62,685 bases of DNA from a bacterium. GTDB taxonomy: Bacteria; Patescibacteriota; Microgenomatia; JAADGY01. The translations under genes and the position numbers were made by a program. Every line of letters starts with the position of its first letter. Positions within the stretch are counted from its first letter, which is position 1. The DNA lies in the NCBI GenBank assembly GCA_027028625.1, contig JALVIH010000036.1, positions 1 through 62,685 on the forward strand, given 5' to 3'. Positions 46,030 to 56,009 of this stretch are shown piece after piece. The notes under the pieces are model-generated. The model did no database searches. It was not told the origin of the DNA and saw only the letters and a list, made by a program, of their open reading frames with translations.

Positions 46030-46596
46030 ATGCTTGGTCACATTTTAAAAGAGTTTTGGGCTTTTATTCTTGATCTTTTTGAAACAACAGTCCTAGCCCT
46101 AGTTATTTTCCTTCTTATTTATCTCTTTCTTTGGCAACCTCATCGAATCAAGGGACACTCTATGGAACCTAATTTCCATGACGGTGAGCTTATTTTAACT
46201 AATAAGATCTCTTATCAACTTCATCCTCCTCAGCGAGGGGATGTCATCGTCTTTCGGGCTCCGATGGAAGAGGACAAAGATTACATTAAAAGAATCATCG
46301 GCCTACCTGGTGAAAAAGTAATGGTTAAAGACGGTTCTGTATATATTAACGGTAAACTCCTTAAAGAACCTTACTTAGCTCCTGAGGTACGGACTAAAGG
46401 TAGTTATTACCTGCCAGATGGGCAAGAAAAAATTGTCCCCCCAAATAGTTACATCGTGATGGGTGATAACCGACCGTACTCCAGTGATTCCCGCGAGTGG
46501 GGTCCCGTGCCGGAAAAGAATATTATTGGAAAAACCTGGTTGCGCTATTGGCCTTTCTCCCGTTTCGGCCTCATCAAAAATCCTTTTCTTAATTAG
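46030..46596 (+). CDS. lepB: signal peptidase I
   Basis: GHSMEPNF (catalytic Ser), YIKRIIGLPGE (Lys box) and GDNRPYSSDSR. Confidence 0.92.
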   Translation: MLGHILKEFWAFILDLFETTVLALVIFLLIYLFLWQPHRIKGHSMEPNFHDGELILTNKISYQLHPPQRGDVIVFRAPMEEDKDYIKRIIGLPGEKVMVKDGSVYINGKLLKEPYLAPEVRTKGSYYLPDGQEKIVPPNSYIVMGDNRPYSSDSREWGPVPEKNIIGKTWLRYWPFSRFGLIKNPFLN

Positions 46597-47072
46597 AACT
46601 TAGAACTCAGAACTTGGAGCTTGGAGCTTGGTACTCAGTCGGAAAGAAGAAAACTTAGGCAGTCTAGAGTGAGTAAGAGCTTAGAAAAAACTTGACTGCC
46701 AATACCTTTTGCGCTCGCTTACCGCTCGCTAGATCCCGACAAGTCGGGATGACGCGGGGGGCAGGAAAACAGCTTCTTAGGATGACACAGAAGCACGACC
46801 CTCTCTTCGAGTCATTCTGAGCCCTGCGAAGAATCTAGCCGATAGGCGCACGAGTGTGCTCCTAAATGTTGGTGCCAATACTTTTGCGCTACGCTAGATC
46901 CTTCGTCGCCTTGGCTCCTCAGGATGACCCGAGAAAGAAGATTTTGGATTTTGGTAATTAAGATTTTGATATTGTTTAGAATTTAGGATTTAGAGTTTAG
47001 TGCTTCCTTTAACCTAGTTCCAAGTTCCAATTCCCTCTTGCCTCTTACCACTATTTTTTGCTAAGCTAAGGT
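46597..47072. repeat. mosaic palindromic intergenic cassette G
   Basis: Heptamers at 46594-46637, a variant core shared with cassette C at 46640-46753, an arm-core-arm hairpin at 46811-46928, and heptamers at 47011-47034. Confidence 0.9.
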
Positions 47073-48800
47073 ATGCTTCAAGAAATGGGGTTAGCGGTTG
47101 ACCTGGTTACTCTCTTTAGTCTAGCTTTAATTGGAGGTATTTTAGCCAAACGCTTCAAACAACCCATCATCCTCGGCTACCTAATAATTGGCCTTCTTTT
47201 TTCCCTCATTCCCCACCACTTCCTCGACTGGAAAAACCTCAAGGTAATGGCTGATATAGGGGTCGCTTTCCTTATGTTTACTCTAGGACTAGAGTTCTCT
47301 TTCAATCGTTTCCGAAAGATAAAAGATGTTGTTCTCTGGGGAGGAATTCTCCAAATCACTCTTGTCCTAGCTATTTTTCTAGTTATTCTTCCTCTCCTTG
47401 GTTTTTCTTTTGCTGACAGCTTTTACATCGCCGCCGCTTTTTCCTTATCATCTACTGCTGTAGTAGTTAAAATTCTCTCCGATAAGGGACAACTTTTAAC
47501 TCTACCTGGACAGATAATGGTTGGTTGGCTTCTTCTTCAAGACTTAGCTGTCTTGCCGATGATGATTCTTCTCCCTTCTTTTGCCAGAGCTGAATCAGCG
47601 GGCTGGAGTCAGGTTTTACCCTCTCTTGGACGGAGTATTGTTGTTCTTTATGTTGTTCTCATCTTAGCTAAAAAAATAGTCCCTAAACTGGTAGACTGGG
47701 TTGCTTCTTTCAATAGCCGTGAGCTTCTTCTTCTTTTTGTCGTTTCTCTCGCCCTTCTGGCCGCTTTCTTTACCTACTCGCTAGGAATGTCTTTTGCCAT
47801 TGGAGCCTTTATTGCCGGCCTTATCATTTCTTCAACGGTCGAATCATACGCTATCTTTGCTGAGATCAGGCCCCTCCGCGACTTATTCATAACCGTCTTC
47901 TTCCTCATCTTAGCTATGACTACCAATCCTCTCCAATGGCTTATTCACTGGCAATTAATCTTGGAATTGGTTTTAATTCTTATCTTAGTCAAATTACTAG
48001 TGGTTTCCGGCCTCATCTTCTACTTTGGTTACCATTCAAAAGTAGCCTTCTTAGTTGGTGTAGGTCTGGTCCAAGTAGGTGAATTTGGTTTTGTTTTGGC
48101 TCAGGAAGGATTACATCAAAGTTTAATAACCCCCACCAGCTACTCAACTATTATTGCTGTTACCCTCCTAACCATTATTCTTACTCCTTTTCTTTTTGAC
48201 AGTGGAACAAAAGTATATGAGGCCATCCGCCGTTTTACCCACCGCTACCTACCCCAGTTAGCTGTCTTTCTCTTTCCTGAATACCAGGAGGACAAAGCTG
48301 AGGAAGAGCTGGATATTAAAAATCACATCATTATCTGCGGCTACGGCCGAATGGGGCGATATATTGGCCGAGCTCTTCAACTAAGCAAAATCCCCTTCAT
48401 CGTCATCGATTACAACAAACAAGTAGTCGCTCAGCTTGAACAAGCTTCCATCCCTGTCATCTACGGAGATCCGGCTGAGTTTGAGGTTTTAAAGCGGGCT
48501 CAAGTAAAAACAGCTAAGGCCATTGTTATTGCTATTCCTGATTTTTACACCCAATCCAGGATAATCACTCAAGCCAAGACATTGAACCCTCAGGTTAAAA
48601 TTCTCTGCCGAACTCACCAGGAAGGAGATGTTCCCCGACTGCGGACTTTGGGAGCCGAGATAATCGTCCAACCCGAGTTCGAAGCCGGCGTCTATGTGGT
48701 CAACAAACTAGCCCATCTTTTTCATTTCTCAGAGGACCCAAGGCAACACATCCACCGCTTGCGGATCGAACACGGAATCATCGCTAATACGGTAACTTAG
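47073..48800 (+). CDS. Kef-type cation:proton antiporter (CPA2) with C-terminal TrkA-N/RCK domain
   Basis: About 12 TM segments followed by a HIIICGYGRMGRYIGRAL Rossmann motif. Confidence 0.88.
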   Translation: MLQEMGLAVDLVTLFSLALIGGILAKRFKQPIILGYLIIGLLFSLIPHHFLDWKNLKVMADIGVAFLMFTLGLEFSFNRFRKIKDVVLWGGILQITLVLAIFLVILPLLGFSFADSFYIAAAFSLSSTAVVVKILSDKGQLLTLPGQIMVGWLLLQDLAVLPMMILLPSFARAESAGWSQVLPSLGRSIVVLYVVLILAKKIVPKLVDWVASFNSRELLLLFVVSLALLAAFFTYSLGMSFAIGAFIAGLIISSTVESYAIFAEIRPLRDLFITVFFLILAMTTNPLQWLIHWQLILELVLILILVKLLVVSGLIFYFGYHSKVAFLVGVGLVQVGEFGFVLAQEGLHQSLITPTSYSTIIAVTLLTIILTPFLFDSGTKVYEAIRRFTHRYLPQLAVFLFPEYQEDKAEEELDIKNHIIICGYGRMGRYIGRALQLSKIPFIVIDYNKQVVAQLEQASIPVIYGDPAEFEVLKRAQVKTAKAIVIAIPDFYTQSRIITQAKTLNPQVKILCRTHQEGDVPRLRTLGAEIIVQPEFEAGVYVVNKLAHLFHFSEDPRQHIHRLRIEHGIIANTVT

Positions 48801-49367
48801 GCTTTGTTCAAAACGTAGCTTTTCTTCTAATAACCAAGAGAGGTACTCTACCCCCCGCCGCCAGTTGTGGTTACTGTGGTAAGAGATAGGATTATAACGC
48901 CTCTCAATAGAAGCTAGGTGAATCAAACCATGATTCAAATAGCTCCGCCTCAGGCCCGCACCAACTGTCCAGATGGCCTCCGACCAAGAATTAAAAACTA
49001 TCACCTGTCCTTTAGTTACCCCCCAACCAAAAGGATTATAAGAATTCCTTCCTCGAACATAAGGAACGTGCTTACCAAAAGAGGATTCCTTTCCTGCGAT
49101 GGCTGGGAGCAAAGTCCATGGCAAATGGTATTCATCGGCTGCCTCCACAAACTGAGGAGCATAAGGCGCTAAGGGCGAGTTCCGTTCTTCTAAAAAATGA
49201 TGGAGAGCTGCTATCTTCTTTTCTCTCTCATCTGAGGTCTGATTCTCCACCTGCTGAAACTTAACTATCTGAAAATGATAGTCTTGCCAATGATGAAGAA
49301 AAGGAAACAAGGAAAAAACAAGACCAAGATACAAGCTATAGAAATAGATTCTTTTGGAAAATGGCAT
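48729..49367 (-). CDS. secreted protein, possible glucosaminidase/muramidase-like peptidoglycan hydrolase
   Basis: LPAIAGKESSFGKH ... NPFGWGV resembles the ES-x-G / N-x-FG pattern of glucosaminidase domains. N-terminal hydrophobic anchor. Confidence 0.45.
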   Translation of the reverse strand: MPFSKRIYFYSLYLGLVFSLFPFLHHWQDYHFQIVKFQQVENQTSDEREKKIAALHHFLEERNSPLAPYAPQFVEAADEYHLPWTLLPAIAGKESSFGKHVPYVRGRNSYNPFGWGVTKGQVIVFNSWSEAIWTVGAGLRRSYLNHGLIHLASIERRYNPISYHSNHNWRRGVEYLSWLLEEKLRFEQSLSYRISDDSVFDPQAVDVLPWVL

Positions 49368-49380
49368 AGGAAAGAAGTTT

Positions 49381-50352
49381 TTACTTAATTAAGCTTATCT
49401 CTGGAGAAGCAATCATTAACTTAGGTTGATTATCTAGAAAAACCACTAAAACCTGAGTCTCCAAACCAATATCAGTTATCTTTAAAGGCTTAGCATTCAG
49501 ATCTACCACCTTCAGTTCATTCAATTTTATCTCTTTGACTTTGTTCTTCAGATCAGCTAGCTGGCATATTTTTTTAACATCATCAACCTTTGTTATCTTT
49601 CCTTTAAACCAACTAAGGTCAGGCCAATCTAGATGGGGAGTGATAAGAAGCTTAATTAACTCCCCTTCGTTCTTTCCTTCGCCCAATGGCTTGAAAATAA
49701 CCAAAGCTTTCTTTCCTTCTAGGCTCTTATCTAACTCAGTTAAGGTTACTCGGCGGCCATCTTCTTTGAAAGCATAAAGTTGGCTTTGCGGTAACACTTT
49801 CAACTCTAATCTACCACTTGGAGTAATAAGTTCCACCCTTCTCTCCTCCACCGTTTTAAGGAGACCAAAACTACCCCCAGCGGATTGAGGATATTTTTTA
49901 TTCGATAAAACCCCACTTAAGGTAGCTACAAGAGAAGGTTGGAGCTCATCAGAAATTTGAAAAACTCGCACTAAGTTACTGCCACTTTCTAGAGAGAGAG
50001 GATAAGAAAAATCACTCTTAGTAGCATTAGTAAGATAAACTTTATCTCCATTTTGAATAAGAAAAACAGCCCCAGGGCTAGTCTTCAACTCCAATTTTAT
50101 CTTTCCTTCTTTTACTAAAAAGTAATTAGAGGGAGAAATAAGATGGGTGGATGTTACCTCTGGAGTGGGAGTAACTGAAGAAACAATAACTGTCGGTTTT
50201 TCCATCTTGGTAGGTGTATTAGAAATATTAGAAGTCATTGGCTGTCGATAATGAAGCCAGTGAATAATAACTGGAAAATGGCTCACAATCATAAAAATAG
50301 CTAAACCAACAATTAAGCCAAAGATAATAGCTAAAAGACTTTCCTTATTCAT
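49381..50352 (-). CDS. membrane-anchored hypothetical protein (323 aa)
   Basis: An N-terminal TM anchor followed by a beta-rich ectodomain. No motif recognised. Confidence 0.55.
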   Translation of the reverse strand: MNKESLLAIIFGLIVGLAIFMIVSHFPVIIHWLHYRQPMTSNISNTPTKMEKPTVIVSSVTPTPEVTSTHLISPSNYFLVKEGKIKLELKTSPGAVFLIQNGDKVYLTNATKSDFSYPLSLESGSNLVRVFQISDELQPSLVATLSGVLSNKKYPQSAGGSFGLLKTVEERRVELITPSGRLELKVLPQSQLYAFKEDGRRVTLTELDKSLEGKKALVIFKPLGEGKNEGELIKLLITPHLDWPDLSWFKGKITKVDDVKKICQLADLKNKVKEIKLNELKVVDLNAKPLKITDIGLETQVLVVFLDNQPKLMIASPEISLIK

Positions 50353-51385
50353 ACAACTCCTCTTTTAAAGACATTATAACTTCATCTAGATCACCTGCCA
50401 AAATATCTTCTAGATTATACCAGGACTTACTTATTCGGTGGTCAGTCACCCGGTTTTGGGGGAAGTTATAGGTTCGAATCTTCTCAGCTCGCATAGCCCG
50501 GCCAATAGCTTTTCTAGCTTGAGCTATCTCAGCCAAACGCTTTTCTTCCTCTATCTGCCACAAACGGCCCCGAAGTAACTCTAAGGCTATTCTCCTATTT
50601 TGCAACTGGCTTCTTTCCCGTTGGCAGGTAACTGTGATGCCTGTTGGCTTATGAATCAAACGGACAGCCGTATTAACCTTATTAACATTCTGCCCCCCAT
50701 GGCCACCGGAGCGGTAAAACTGCCACTCCAAATCTTCTTCTTTTATAACTACTTCTTCTGCTTTTACCTCTGGAATGACTGAGACGGTGGCGGTTGAGGT
50801 ATGAATTCGTCCTTGGGCTTCAGTAACCGGCACCCTCTGAACCCGATGGACTCCGGACTCATAGCGGAATAAATCATAAACTTCTTTCCCTTTTATCTCC
50901 AAAACGTTCTCCTCCAACAAACGAAACTTGAGACCTTTTTTCTCAGCATACCGCTGGTACATTCGTAAAAGGTCCCCCGCCCAAATTTTAGCCTCTTCTC
51001 CTCCCACTCCCGGCCTGATTTCTAAAGTTATGGAACGTATTTGGCTGCCTCCTCCATCCTTAAGCATCTTTTTTACTTCCTTTTCTAACTCCCCTTCTAA
51101 ATCTCTCAACTCCTTTTGAATGATTGTTACCTCGGCCTTAGCCATCTTCTTTAATTCTTCATCTTCACTATCCAAGAGCCCTTTAGCCGACTGGAGCTGG
51201 GCCTTCTTCTCTTTAATCTCAACAGCCACTTCATAAGCAGACCGATACTGGCTCTCTACTTGGCCAGCTTGAGACAACTCTTCAGGAGTAGCCTCAGCCG
51301 GCTGGTTAAGAACCTTTAAGGCTTGCTGATATTTATCAATAATTTGTTTGGGGGTAATCATATTACTGTCCGATAAATTAAACAA
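50345..51385 (-). CDS. prfA: peptide chain release factor 1
   Basis: [19 protein letters not shown] (GGQ) and [20 protein letters not shown] (PxT tripeptide of RF1). TTG start at 51385; alternative ATG at 51361. Confidence 0.92.
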   Translation of the reverse strand: MFNLSDSNMITPKQIIDKYQQALKVLNQPAEATPEELSQAGQVESQYRSAYEVAVEIKEKKAQLQSAKGLLDSEDEELKKMAKAEVTIIQKELRDLEGELEKEVKKMLKDGGGSQIRSITLEIRPGVGGEEAKIWAGDLLRMYQRYAEKKGLKFRLLEENVLEIKGKEVYDLFRYESGVHRVQRVPVTEAQGRIHTSTATVSVIPEVKAEEVVIKEEDLEWQFYRSGGHGGQNVNKVNTAVRLIHKPTGITVTCQRERSQLQNRRIALELLRGRLWQIEEEKRLAEIAQARKAIGRAMRAEKIRTYNFPQNRVTDHRISKSWYNLEDILAGDLDEVIMSLKEELYE

Positions 51386-51389
51386 GAGG

Positions 51390-51689
51390 CTAGCGGGACT
51401 TCGATTTTAGCTTAGCTATAGCTTCTTTGTAGGAGCCAATCACCGGCTTTTTCTTCTTAGTCTTAGCTTTCTTCTGTTTAAACTGTTGAGCTAACTTCAT
51501 CCTTCTCTGGAACTTCTCAACCTTCCCCATCGTGTCCACATACTTCATCTCCCCTGTAAAGAAAGGATGACATTTGGAACAAATATCCACCTGTATCTCA
51601 GGAACAGTGGAGCCAACATAGAAGGTATTCCCACAAGCACAAACAACCTTAGCTTGAGGGTAATACTTAGGATGTATACCTTTTTTCAT
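51390..51689 (-). CDS. rpmE: 50S ribosomal protein L31 (Zn-binding type) with a Lys-rich C-terminal extension
   Basis: [10 protein letters not shown]...CACGNTF...[10 protein letters not shown]. Confidence 0.92.
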   Translation of the reverse strand: MKKGIHPKYYPQAKVVCACGNTFYVGSTVPEIQVDICSKCHPFFTGEMKYVDTMGKVEKFQRRMKLAQQFKQKKAKTKKKKPVIGSYKEAIAKLKSKSR

Positions 51690-52220
51690 AACTTCTTATT
51701 TTAACAAAGAAATCAACTTTCAGCTACAAGAAATCAGAACTTGGAACTTGGAGCTTGGAACTCGGTAAAAAAATGACCAATTATCAATGATCAATTTTCA
51801 AACAAATTCCAAGCACCAATAATCAAAGTTCAAAACCTTTTTAGGGGGTCATTCTGAGCCCCAGCGAAGAATCTAGCGAAGCGCAAAGTTGCTGGCATCC
51901 AAGCTTAAGTAGACACTCGTGCGCCTATCGGCTAGATTTTACCCCTACCGAAGGGGGGCTTCGTCGCCTCAGCTCCTCAGGATGACTCAGTATTAAATTC
52001 CAAGCACCAAATTCCAAGAAACAAACCCCCCTTCGGTAGGGGTAAAATCTAGCCGATAGGCGCATGAGAGTGAACTCAAGCGTTGGAGCTGATCCTTGCG
52101 CTCGCTCCGCTCGCTAGATCCCGACAAGTCGGGATGAGGCGGGGGGACAAGAAAGCAGCTTCTTAGGATAATGGGGAAACAAGCCAAAAAAATACCGATA
52201 GAGGCTATAATAAAGGAGTT
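51690..52220. repeat. mosaic palindromic intergenic cassette H
   Basis: Heptamers at 51734-51765, an arm-core-arm hairpin at 51848-51986, and a second inverted core unit at 52026-52136. Confidence 0.9.
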
Positions 52221-52613
52221 ATGGAGTGTAAATTCTGTCAGATAGCTAACCATCAGGCTCCAGCTTTTGTTGTTTATGAAGATGAGAACTTTATAGCTTT
52301 TCTAGACCTTTACCCTTGGGTTGAAGGGCATACTTTGGTTATCCCTAAAAAACATTACCGCTGGGTTTGGGATATGCCTCCTAAACTAGCTGGAGAATAC
52401 TTTCAAGTAGTCCACAAAATCGCCAACCATTACCGCCAAGTATTCCAAACTGAGTTTGTGATGAGCCGTATCTATGGTTACGATGTCCCTCATGCCCACA
52501 TCCACCTCTTTCCGGATGCCAGAGGAAAAATAGCTTTTTACCCTAAACAGCGTTTGGGGCGTCTTTCTCTTGAAAAGGGAAACGAGCTAAGCCAAAAGCT
52601 ACGCCTTAAGTAA
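52221..52613 (+). CDS. HIT-family nucleotide hydrolase/transferase
   Basis: Histidine triad HAHIHLFP and an N-terminal C-x-x-C. Confidence 0.88.
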   Translation: MECKFCQIANHQAPAFVVYEDENFIAFLDLYPWVEGHTLVIPKKHYRWVWDMPPKLAGEYFQVVHKIANHYRQVFQTEFVMSRIYGYDVPHAHIHLFPDARGKIAFYPKQRLGRLSLEKGNELSQKLRLK

Positions 52614-53816
52614 TTTTGCTTGACGAATAACTGCCTTCAGGTGAGCCTGCAAGGCAGTTAGGGAGTTGTACTTCTGAGCTATTCTTAAGTTCTTTTCCCC
52701 CACCCTTTTCAACTTCCCTTCTTTCCGCCAACTAAGGTAGGTATCCACTGCTCTTTTTATCTTCTGAGAACTCACTTTTCTCAGACCACTCTCAGTTAAA
52801 CGACTCTGACTGCCTAATGAAATTACCTCATACCCCTTTGGTTTTATATCCGCTCTAAAAACAGGATACTCAAAAACAAGGATAGGCTTTTTAAAGAAAA
52901 CTGCCTCCAAAAACTGGTTTCCATACCCTTCCCATAAGCTGGGGTAACTGATAATATCAGCCAAGTGATAATTATCCCAAAAGGAAAAATCGTCACCCAA
53001 AATTTTTGGCAAATAAAGCATCTCTACCCCTAATCCTTGAGCATATTTGACCAATTTCTCATAATAACTTTTTGATTGGGGAACAGCTTCATCTAAGTAA
53101 TTGCCTATTAGAAATGCTACTCTCTTACTCAGCCGTTGTTGGAGCTGGGCGGCGAAACTTAAGCCTAACTCTATTCCTTTTCGAGGTACTACCCGAGTAG
53201 CTTGGAGAATAACTATTGCACCATCCAGACCTAAACGCTTTCTAAGAGATAGAGCATCAAAAGAAGAACTAACCTCCATCTGAAAGTCAAAAACATCCGG
53301 AAAAACAAGGGAATGAATTCGGCGGCGGCGCCAGAGCTCAGTGGCGGCTAAGGAGTTGATAACCACCTGCTGAAGATAGGACCGCCGAGGCAGCTGCCAC
53401 TTTTGCCAAAACTGTTTGAGCTGGCGGCTGGCAGAACTAACTAAATCCTTTCTTTCCCAATAAAAATCATGATGAACAGCCACCGCTGGCCGTCTTAACT
53501 CATCTAAAAACTCAACCACCTCTTTAGCTGCCAGGGGGTGACGGCCCAGGCTGAGAATATTATGAATAAACCATAACTCTATCTTCTCCCGCCGCTGAAT
53601 CTGCCAAAGTCGGCGTTTAATTTTTACCTTTTGGGTTAGGGAAATAGAAGGAGGAATCTGCAGATCCGGAATAACATAGTCGGCTCCTTGTTGAAGAGGT
53701 CCCGAAACCAAAACAACTTGATGGCCCATTTTTTCTAGAAGGCGTTGCCGCTTGGCAATTTCTAAAGATACTCCATCGGTTTTCCCTACCCGGTGATGAA
53801 GAATGCCTATCTTCAT
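52599..53816 (-). CDS. glycosyltransferase family 1
   Basis: 405 aa. YPSLWEGYGNQFLEAVFFKKPILV (an E-x7-E-like GT1 C-terminal motif). Confidence 0.75.
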   Translation of the reverse strand: MKIGILHHRVGKTDGVSLEIAKRQRLLEKMGHQVVLVSGPLQQGADYVIPDLQIPPSISLTQKVKIKRRLWQIQRREKIELWFIHNILSLGRHPLAAKEVVEFLDELRRPAVAVHHDFYWERKDLVSSASRQLKQFWQKWQLPRRSYLQQVVINSLAATELWRRRRIHSLVFPDVFDFQMEVSSSFDALSLRKRLGLDGAIVILQATRVVPRKGIELGLSFAAQLQQRLSKRVAFLIGNYLDEAVPQSKSYYEKLVKYAQGLGVEMLYLPKILGDDFSFWDNYHLADIISYPSLWEGYGNQFLEAVFFKKPILVFEYPVFRADIKPKGYEVISLGSQSRLTESGLRKVSSQKIKRAVDTYLSWRKEGKLKRVGEKNLRIAQKYNSLTALQAHLKAVIRQAKLLKA

Positions 53817-53822
53817 CGTCTC

Positions 53823-54347
53823 TCAGGTATACTTACTAACATCGGCTAGTTTGAAACGTAATAATTTATCCTTCCACTCTCCAGCGTACTCCACCCCCAC
53901 ACGAGGGAGAATAAGAATATCCTTCTGGTCTACATCTACTCCTTTTTCTAGCCACAAGCCACTCCTTTTAGCTGCTGGTTGGCCATTGAAACTTTTATCT
54001 ATCTCCAAACTTCGAGTTAAGCGGCCCGGTCCCTCTACCCCCTTAAGTCCTCGAAAAAGAACCGCCTGGGGATCGTTGACTGGTGAGGTAACCAGATTTA
54101 ACATATAGTACATCCCGTAGATAAGATAAACATACCAGTAACCGGCCGGTCCATACATTACTTCCGTCCGCTTGGTCCGCCCCTTAGAAGAATGGCAGGC
54201 TTTATCCTTCTCCCCTAAGTAGGCTTCTACCTCGGTAATAAGGTACTTTTTAACCTGGCCATTAGGAAAACGCCGACAAAGATAGTAGCCTAAAAGTTGG
54301 CGGGCCACTTTATCAGCATCCAAGTTCAAATCTAGAGGCCAACTCAT
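53823..54347 (-). CDS. mpg: DNA-3-methyladenine glycosylase (Mpg/AAG family)
   Basis: ITEVEAYLGEKDKACHSSKGRTKRTEVMYGPAGYWYVYLIYGMYYMLNLV, the family core. Confidence 0.88.
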   Translation of the reverse strand: MSWPLDLNLDADKVARQLLGYYLCRRFPNGQVKKYLITEVEAYLGEKDKACHSSKGRTKRTEVMYGPAGYWYVYLIYGMYYMLNLVTSPVNDPQAVLFRGLKGVEGPGRLTRSLEIDKSFNGQPAAKRSGLWLEKGVDVDQKDILILPRVGVEYAGEWKDKLLRFKLADVSKYT

Positions 54348-54349
54348 AT

Positions 54350-54913
54350 CTAGTCTTCCTCTAAATGGTTAAGTTTGGGGTAACATTTCGGGCAACAAGC
54401 TCCATAGAGATCAGCCCCACCAACTACCACTTGGCCTTGGCGTGGCTTCTTCCGATAACTTAAAGTTGCCTTACCACCGCAGCCATCACAAATAGCATAG
54501 AGCTGGACTACCTCATCAGCATACCGCCGCAGATGGTGAATGGGGCCGAAAACCTGGCGGCGATAATCATACTCTAGTCCGGCTAGAAAAACAGTTCTTC
54601 CTTTTTCTAGCCAAAACTGCAGTTGGGGCCATAGATTAGAAAAAGAAAAGAAGTTAACCTCATCTAGAAAAAGATACTCATATTTGGAATCATAAAGCTG
54701 AATCAAGTCACTTCTACTCTTTTCATCAACTATCTGGGCAGATAACTTAAGGTGGTCGTGGCTGACTATTGCCTTTTTGCTATAACGACTGTCCAGTTGC
54801 GGCTTAACAATCAGTACCTTCTCTTCCCCCAATTTGGTAGCTTGATTAATAAGATAGGTGGTCTTGCCAGCAAACATTGGCCCAATAATTAAAACAAGCT
54901 TCCCTTTTTTCAT
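54350..54913 (-). CDS. tdk: thymidine kinase
   Basis: Walker A GPMFAGKTT, with C-terminal Zn ribbon CDGCGG...CCPKC. The ATG at 54913 is preferred over the TTG at 54949. Confidence 0.9.
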   Translation of the reverse strand: MKKGKLVLIIGPMFAGKTTYLINQATKLGEEKVLIVKPQLDSRYSKKAIVSHDHLKLSAQIVDEKSRSDLIQLYDSKYEYLFLDEVNFFSFSNLWPQLQFWLEKGRTVFLAGLEYDYRRQVFGPIHHLRRYADEVVQLYAICDGCGGKATLSYRKKPRQGQVVVGGADLYGACCPKCYPKLNHLEED

Positions 54914-54949
54914 TCCTTTTATTATGAAAAAGCCCCCTCCAAAAGTCAA

Positions 54950-55232
54950 TTATTGAAGCTGGAACTAGGAGCTAGGTTAAAAAATAACCAAATTCCAAAT
55001 TCCAAGAAACAAACAAGGTCTAAATCTCAATGTTCCAAACTTAACTTAATTTTCATTATTTTTGATCATTGGTTATTGTTATTTGTTTGTATCCTTGGAG
55101 TTTGATACTTGGAATTTAATACTGAGTCATCCTGAACGAGCCGCCAGACGAAGTGAGGACCCCCTTCGGTAGAGGTAAAATCTAGGCTGAAGGCGCAGGG
55201 GTTGGAACTTAATCTTGAAGCCTAGAACTTAT
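54950..55232. repeat. mosaic palindromic intergenic cassette I (truncated)
   Basis: Heptamers at 54959-54977, inverted A/T modules, and a left arm plus partial core at 55126-55200. Heptamers at 55202-55231 are in the same orientation as the left end. Confidence 0.85.
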
Positions 55233-56009
55233 CTACACAGATACCTGCACTATGTAGCCCTTATTGCCATCCAAAAGGCCTTCTCTTATTTTATCAAGTG
55301 CTTCTTCTAAAGCTCTCTTAGCAATCTCCACGTCTTCCAATGGCTTTTCACCCGAATAAACTGCTTGAATAACTACACCTTCCTTAGGTAAAATTCCATT
55401 CGCATCCACATTTTCATCAGAAGAGACAAGTATTGACCATGTCGTTCCTGCATAAGTAGCTACACCATTCCCTTCATAAATTTCTCTTTTAGGAGAATTA
55501 TCTCTCAAGGTTACTGCTGTTCCCAATTGACGAGCAGCCTCTACCTTTTTATACGCATATTCTTTATAATCCGCAGGCGAAAGGGGTGGTTCTGTCGGAT
55601 CCTCAGGCCATCGACTTGTCGCACCCTCTTTATTCACTGGTAAAATCACAATTACTTCACCCAACTTTCTTTCGTTATATGCTGATACTCTGATACCTAT
55701 AGCTCCGTAATGTCCATCTTGTCCAGTCACTCCTTTCATTACCTCATAAGCTACTTCTTGCATAACCATTGCTAACCCCAAAACTTTTCCAACATCAACT
55801 CTTCTTTCAATACCTCCATTAACTTCTTCTTCTACAATAACCCCTCTGAAAAACCTCCCTAACTCCGGATCTTTTATAATAAATTCCTTTATCATTCCAA
55901 AAGTTCTCAAAATATCTCTTGGATTAGGGCATCGCTTTTCATCTTTTATCCCCTTCTCACACCCACTTAAATCACCAACGCTAGGAACAATTAATCGTTC
56001 TGAGTTCAT
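55233..56009 (-). CDS. hypothetical protein (258 aa)
   Basis: Uninterrupted ORF with balanced composition. It has only a faint resemblance to GlcG/DUF336-type proteins (…VIQAVYSGEKPLEDVEIAKRALEEAL). TATAAT at 56017-56022 (minus) lies 7 nt before the ATG. Confidence 0.6.
   Translation of the reverse strand: MNSERLIVPSVGDLSGCEKGIKDEKRCPNPRDILRTFGMIKEFIIKDPELGRFFRGVIVEEEVNGGIERRVDVGKVLGLAMVMQEVAYEVMKGVTGQDGHYGAIGIRVSAYNERKLGEVIVILPVNKEGATSRWPEDPTEPPLSPADYKEYAYKKVEAARQLGTAVTLRDNSPKREIYEGNGVATYAGTTWSILVSSDENVDANGILPKEGVVIQAVYSGEKPLEDVEIAKRALEEALDKIREGLLDGNKGYIVQVSV

Noticed and set aside
50345-51385. The RF1 tripeptide reads PVT rather than PAT, as a possible sign of altered stop-codon recognition.
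   Set aside because: The RF1 motif is P-x-T and the middle position is variable in normal RF1s. It is not evidence for recoding.
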